Translations under genes and position numbers: made by a program
Notes under the pieces: generated by a model
Told to the model about the DNA's origin: nothing
What the model saw: only the letters and a program-made list of their open reading frames with translations
Database searches by the model: none
DNA from: an uncultured Acidobacteriaceae bacterium
Lineage (GTDB): Bacteria > Acidobacteriota > Terriglobia > Terriglobales > Acidobacteriaceae
Length of the DNA stretch: 64,000 nt
Reading direction: 5' to 3'
Assembly (NCBI GenBank): GCA_963832465.1
Contig: CAWHUJ010000009.1
Coordinates: 54,095-118,094 of the forward strand
In this document: positions 61,345 to 64,000 of the stretch, piece after piece
How the letters are laid out: the number at the start of each line of letters is the position of its first letter
Position numbering within the stretch: the first letter of the stretch is position 1

Positions 61345-62271
61345 TCAGGCCAAAATGGGCGCGACCGAACATATCAGGTCTTTGATCTCGCATTGCTTGG
61401 GAGTTGCGCTGCTCGGGGGTCGCAGCCATAAGCGAAGCCAGAGATAATCGCGCAAGCGAACCAACCGGGATGCGGCCGGACGCGCTCGCTCGACTTCCCG
61501 CGCAAGAGTAAGCCCTGCAGCGGCCCATGACACTGCTTCGATCCGCAATACGTTTGGGAACTCCGCGTCCAGCATCCGTCTGATCGCGGTTCTGAACTCC
61601 GACTCGCGAACTACGCCACATTCCACTCGGCGCCCCGTCATCCGGCCGATGGCAAGTGCGAGCACAGGATCCGGGGCATTTTCAAAGCCAAGATAGAGCG
61701 CGGTGGTTTCCGCCGCGCGAAGAGGTAAGACTTCAAAGGTCTCCGCGAGGAAGCGCGGCAGAATCGTCGCCGCCGCTGCGGGGCTGTGCTCCTCAACCGA
61801 CATCACCGGACAGCTCCATTGAAGCGCCACCGCTCGCGTGACCATCTCCTCGTTCACTACTCCCAGCTTCACCAGCCAGCTTCCGATCCGCCCTGTTCCT
61901 GCTTGTCTCTGAGCATCTAGCGCGGCACGCAGTTGCTCCTGCTCAATCCATCCGTGTTCCAGCATCAACAGGCCAAGCGGAATGCGATGACGATGCACGG
62001 GACGTTCCGCTGAGTGTCCATGCATCTCTCGATGAATCGCAACCTGGATCACCGCCCGCGTGCATTCCGCCGAGCAGGTCCAACCATTCTCGAAGATCGG
62101 TGCCGTGCGACTGCGCAGAGGATGCAGCCATGCCGAAGTACAGCTCTGGTTCGCGCAGGCGGAAAAGAAACCGATGCCAAGCCCGCGGCGTTCCCTGGAA
62201 TGCAGGTGCGTCGACTTCTCTTCCTGCGAAACAACCTGCGCGCGATTTCTGCCGCCTATCAAAAGAGGCAT
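61345..62271 (-). CDS. MshEN/T2SSE_N-domain protein without ATPase
   Basis: RIPLGLLMLEHGWIEQEQLRAALDAQ..GRIGSWLVKLGVVNEEMVTRAVALQW tandem motif; N-terminal CANQSC..CSAEC. Confidence 0.75.
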   Translation of the reverse strand: MPLLIGGRNRAQVVSQEEKSTHLHSRERRGLGIGFFSACANQSCTSAWLHPLRSRTAPIFENGWTCSAECTRAVIQVAIHREMHGHSAERPVHRHRIPLGLLMLEHGWIEQEQLRAALDAQRQAGTGRIGSWLVKLGVVNEEMVTRAVALQWSCPVMSVEEHSPAAAATILPRFLAETFEVLPLRAAETTALYLGFENAPDPVLALAIGRMTGRRVECGVVRESEFRTAIRRMLDAEFPNVLRIEAVSWAAAGLTLAREVERARPAASRLVRLRDYLWLRLWLRPPSSATPKQCEIKDLICSVAPILA

Positions 62272-63008
62272 CGGATACTCTCCAGCCGTTTACGCGGTGT
62301 TGCAACTTCAGTAACACGCAGGCCAAACCTTCCATTGACGAGCACTGCTTCACCGCGTGCAACGATCTTGTCGCCGACCACCAGGTCGACAGGATCTGCA
62401 ATATGCCTGTCCAATTCGACGACATCCCCCGCGCCAAGGTCGAGAACTTCGCTCAGCGTCATCTCGCGGCAGCCGAAGCGCAGCGTAGCGTCGAGCTCCA
62501 CGTCGAGCAGCAGATCAATCCCTGGACGTGCCTCCGGCGACACCGGAGTTTCTAGCGTCTCTTCCTCCCGCACTCGCCGCGGCCGATCGCCCATCTTCGT
62601 GCGTGTCTCGTCGTGTATCAGCATCATCCACGTCCCAATCGGCGCCTTGAGCTGTAGCGCACGAGTCACACCTGCCCGACCGGAGACTTCAGCAAATGCC
62701 TCCACCCGGCACCTGCCGCCAGTCGTCGAAGTCCATTCGCTTGCAGCAGCCTCTGCCGTTTCACGCAGCAATTCACCCCAGGCCTTTTTCTGGTCCACTC
62801 CCTCTCCCAAAAATAGAGACTCCAGAATCGTCCGATCCAGCAAGACCGAAAAGTACCCATCTGAATCTCCTTTGAGTCGCGCCGCAAACCCGAAGAGCTC
62901 GCCCGCGGGATCCACCGGCGTTGTCTCCATGAGCTGTGGTTCGCCAGCCAGCGCCTGAGGAAAGATCGCCGAAGCTGCTGCAATCCAGCACTCGATATAA
63001 TTTTTCAT
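62259..63008 (-). CDS. fliN: Flagellar motor switch protein FliN with N-terminal extension
   Basis: IDLLLDVEL..TLRFG, L.L.AG.VVELDR...DPVD..V..K.VARGE.V.VNG.FG.RVTE. Confidence 0.88.
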   Translation of the reverse strand: MKNYIECWIAAASAIFPQALAGEPQLMETTPVDPAGELFGFAARLKGDSDGYFSVLLDRTILESLFLGEGVDQKKAWGELLRETAEAAASEWTSTTGGRCRVEAFAEVSGRAGVTRALQLKAPIGTWMMLIHDETRTKMGDRPRRVREEETLETPVSPEARPGIDLLLDVELDATLRFGCREMTLSEVLDLGAGDVVELDRHIADPVDLVVGDKIVARGEAVLVNGRFGLRVTEVATPRKRLESIRCLF

Positions 63009-63967
63009 GCGTCCACTCCATTTGCCATGTTTTCAATGCGTGCCGCACGATGTACTCCATCGCTGATGGGCTGAGCCGACGCGATGCGCTGGCCTCCAAC
63101 CTGCCATTCGGCCGTGCAGGTGGCAGGGAGGTTCAACATCAGAACCGATCCGGGCTCGAGCCTCTCAATATCCCTGGCCGGCACACGCACCGGAGGTAGT
63201 TGTAGAGTTCCTCCAAACCGAATGCGCTGCGACGAAGCCTCCATCCTCGCCCGAGTTTCAGGCGCGTGACGGCGGCGACGTCCCCAATCTGAAGTCAATC
63301 GTCGCAGGATGGTATTTGACACGACCGCTGGAAATGCGAGGTTGAGGAGCCCTGAACTTCCAGGACTTCGAATCTCAAAGCTCAGACACAACGTCTTTTC
63401 GTTGACAGACATCAGCCGCGCCACTTGTGTTTGCATCTGCCGGCGCTCGAAGTAGAAACTCAAACCCACCGTCTGCCATGCCATCGTCAGCTCGCGGCAG
63501 ATCGTTTCTACCACGCTCCCGAGAATCGACTCCTCGATATCAGTCAATTCGCGGAGCTGCCCTTCTTTGCCCTCCCCGCCCAACAGCAGGTCGACTATCG
63601 GTGGCGCCAGGGAGAGGTCAAGTTGCAGCACTGAGAATGCGCCGAGAGGCTCCAGCCGTACTGACGAAACGTAATTGATCTCCGGGATTCGAAGCAGAAA
63701 GTCGTTGAAGGGAATCTGTTCGGCAGAGACCAGGTTTACCTGAAAGCGGCTCCGCAGCCACGCCGAGAGATTATGCGTAAGGTTCCGGGCGAACAAATCG
63801 TTGAGCATGCTGATGGCGTGAAGCTGCTCGGTCGAAATCTGGCCCGCATTCGAGAAATCGTAGGGCGTTGCGCTGCGCTTGACGCCGTCCGGGCGGCTTG
63901 CCGGTCGAGCCCTCCGAGCTGCTTCGAAGAGAGCGTCAATTTCTTCCTGCCTGAGCATCCTCTCCAT
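63005..63967 (-). CDS. fliM: Flagellar motor switch protein FliM
   Basis: L.QEEIDALF CheY-binding peptide, YDF, D.LLGG.G, RELT.IE, SpoA C-terminus. Confidence 0.93.
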   Translation of the reverse strand: MERMLRQEEIDALFEAARRARPASRPDGVKRSATPYDFSNAGQISTEQLHAISMLNDLFARNLTHNLSAWLRSRFQVNLVSAEQIPFNDFLLRIPEINYVSSVRLEPLGAFSVLQLDLSLAPPIVDLLLGGEGKEGQLRELTDIEESILGSVVETICRELTMAWQTVGLSFYFERRQMQTQVARLMSVNEKTLCLSFEIRSPGSSGLLNLAFPAVVSNTILRRLTSDWGRRRRHAPETRARMEASSQRIRFGGTLQLPPVRVPARDIERLEPGSVLMLNLPATCTAEWQVGGQRIASAQPISDGVHRAARIENMANGVDA

Positions 63968-64000
63968 TAGTGTCTGCTCCCTTTCGCCAAGGGTTCTCTC

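Noticed and set aside
1-64000. CRISPR arrays, tRNA or rRNA genes, prophage or integrase genes
   Set aside because: No regularly spaced repeats, cloverleaf/T-loop signatures, rRNA-like segments or phage/integrase ORFs were seen; long intergenic gaps were read by eye only.

Overview
GC-rich bacterial chromosomal window. The gene repertoire (VWA proteins, bacilliredoxin, GTTC-N7-GTTC-type LexA box) suggests Acidobacteriota; this is inference. Most of it is housekeeping: thiE, two APC permeases, murB, modABC, thrCB, trxA, lexA, miaB, carAB, lepB, murQ/murA, pnp and rpsO. Two convergent flagellar clusters (flgB-flgE on +, fliM-flgL on -) carry recognisable sigma54 and sigma28 promoters. The clearest accessory element is a complete 2,759-bp IS1595-family element (815-3573) with 23-bp inverted repeats and an 8-bp AATATTAT target duplication. 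It carries a DUF3800-like RNase-H-fold gene driven by a promoter built into the IR, a structured leader, and a convergent promoter/~50-nt RNA/terminator unit, making it the best candidate for an undescribed protein+ncRNA system. Other highlights are an HTH-less sigma54 activator paired with an orphan OmpR-type regulator, a stand-alone MshEN-type c-di-GMP receptor inside the fliM-fliN-cheY run, a candidate sRNA upstream of trxA, and a scrambled secreted beta-helix gene. Several conserved genes (fliG, flgG, pnp, a permease, a hydrolase, a VWA gene) have single-base frameshifts that look like assembly errors. No rRNA, tRNA or CRISPR array was seen. All calls are by eye, with no database searches.
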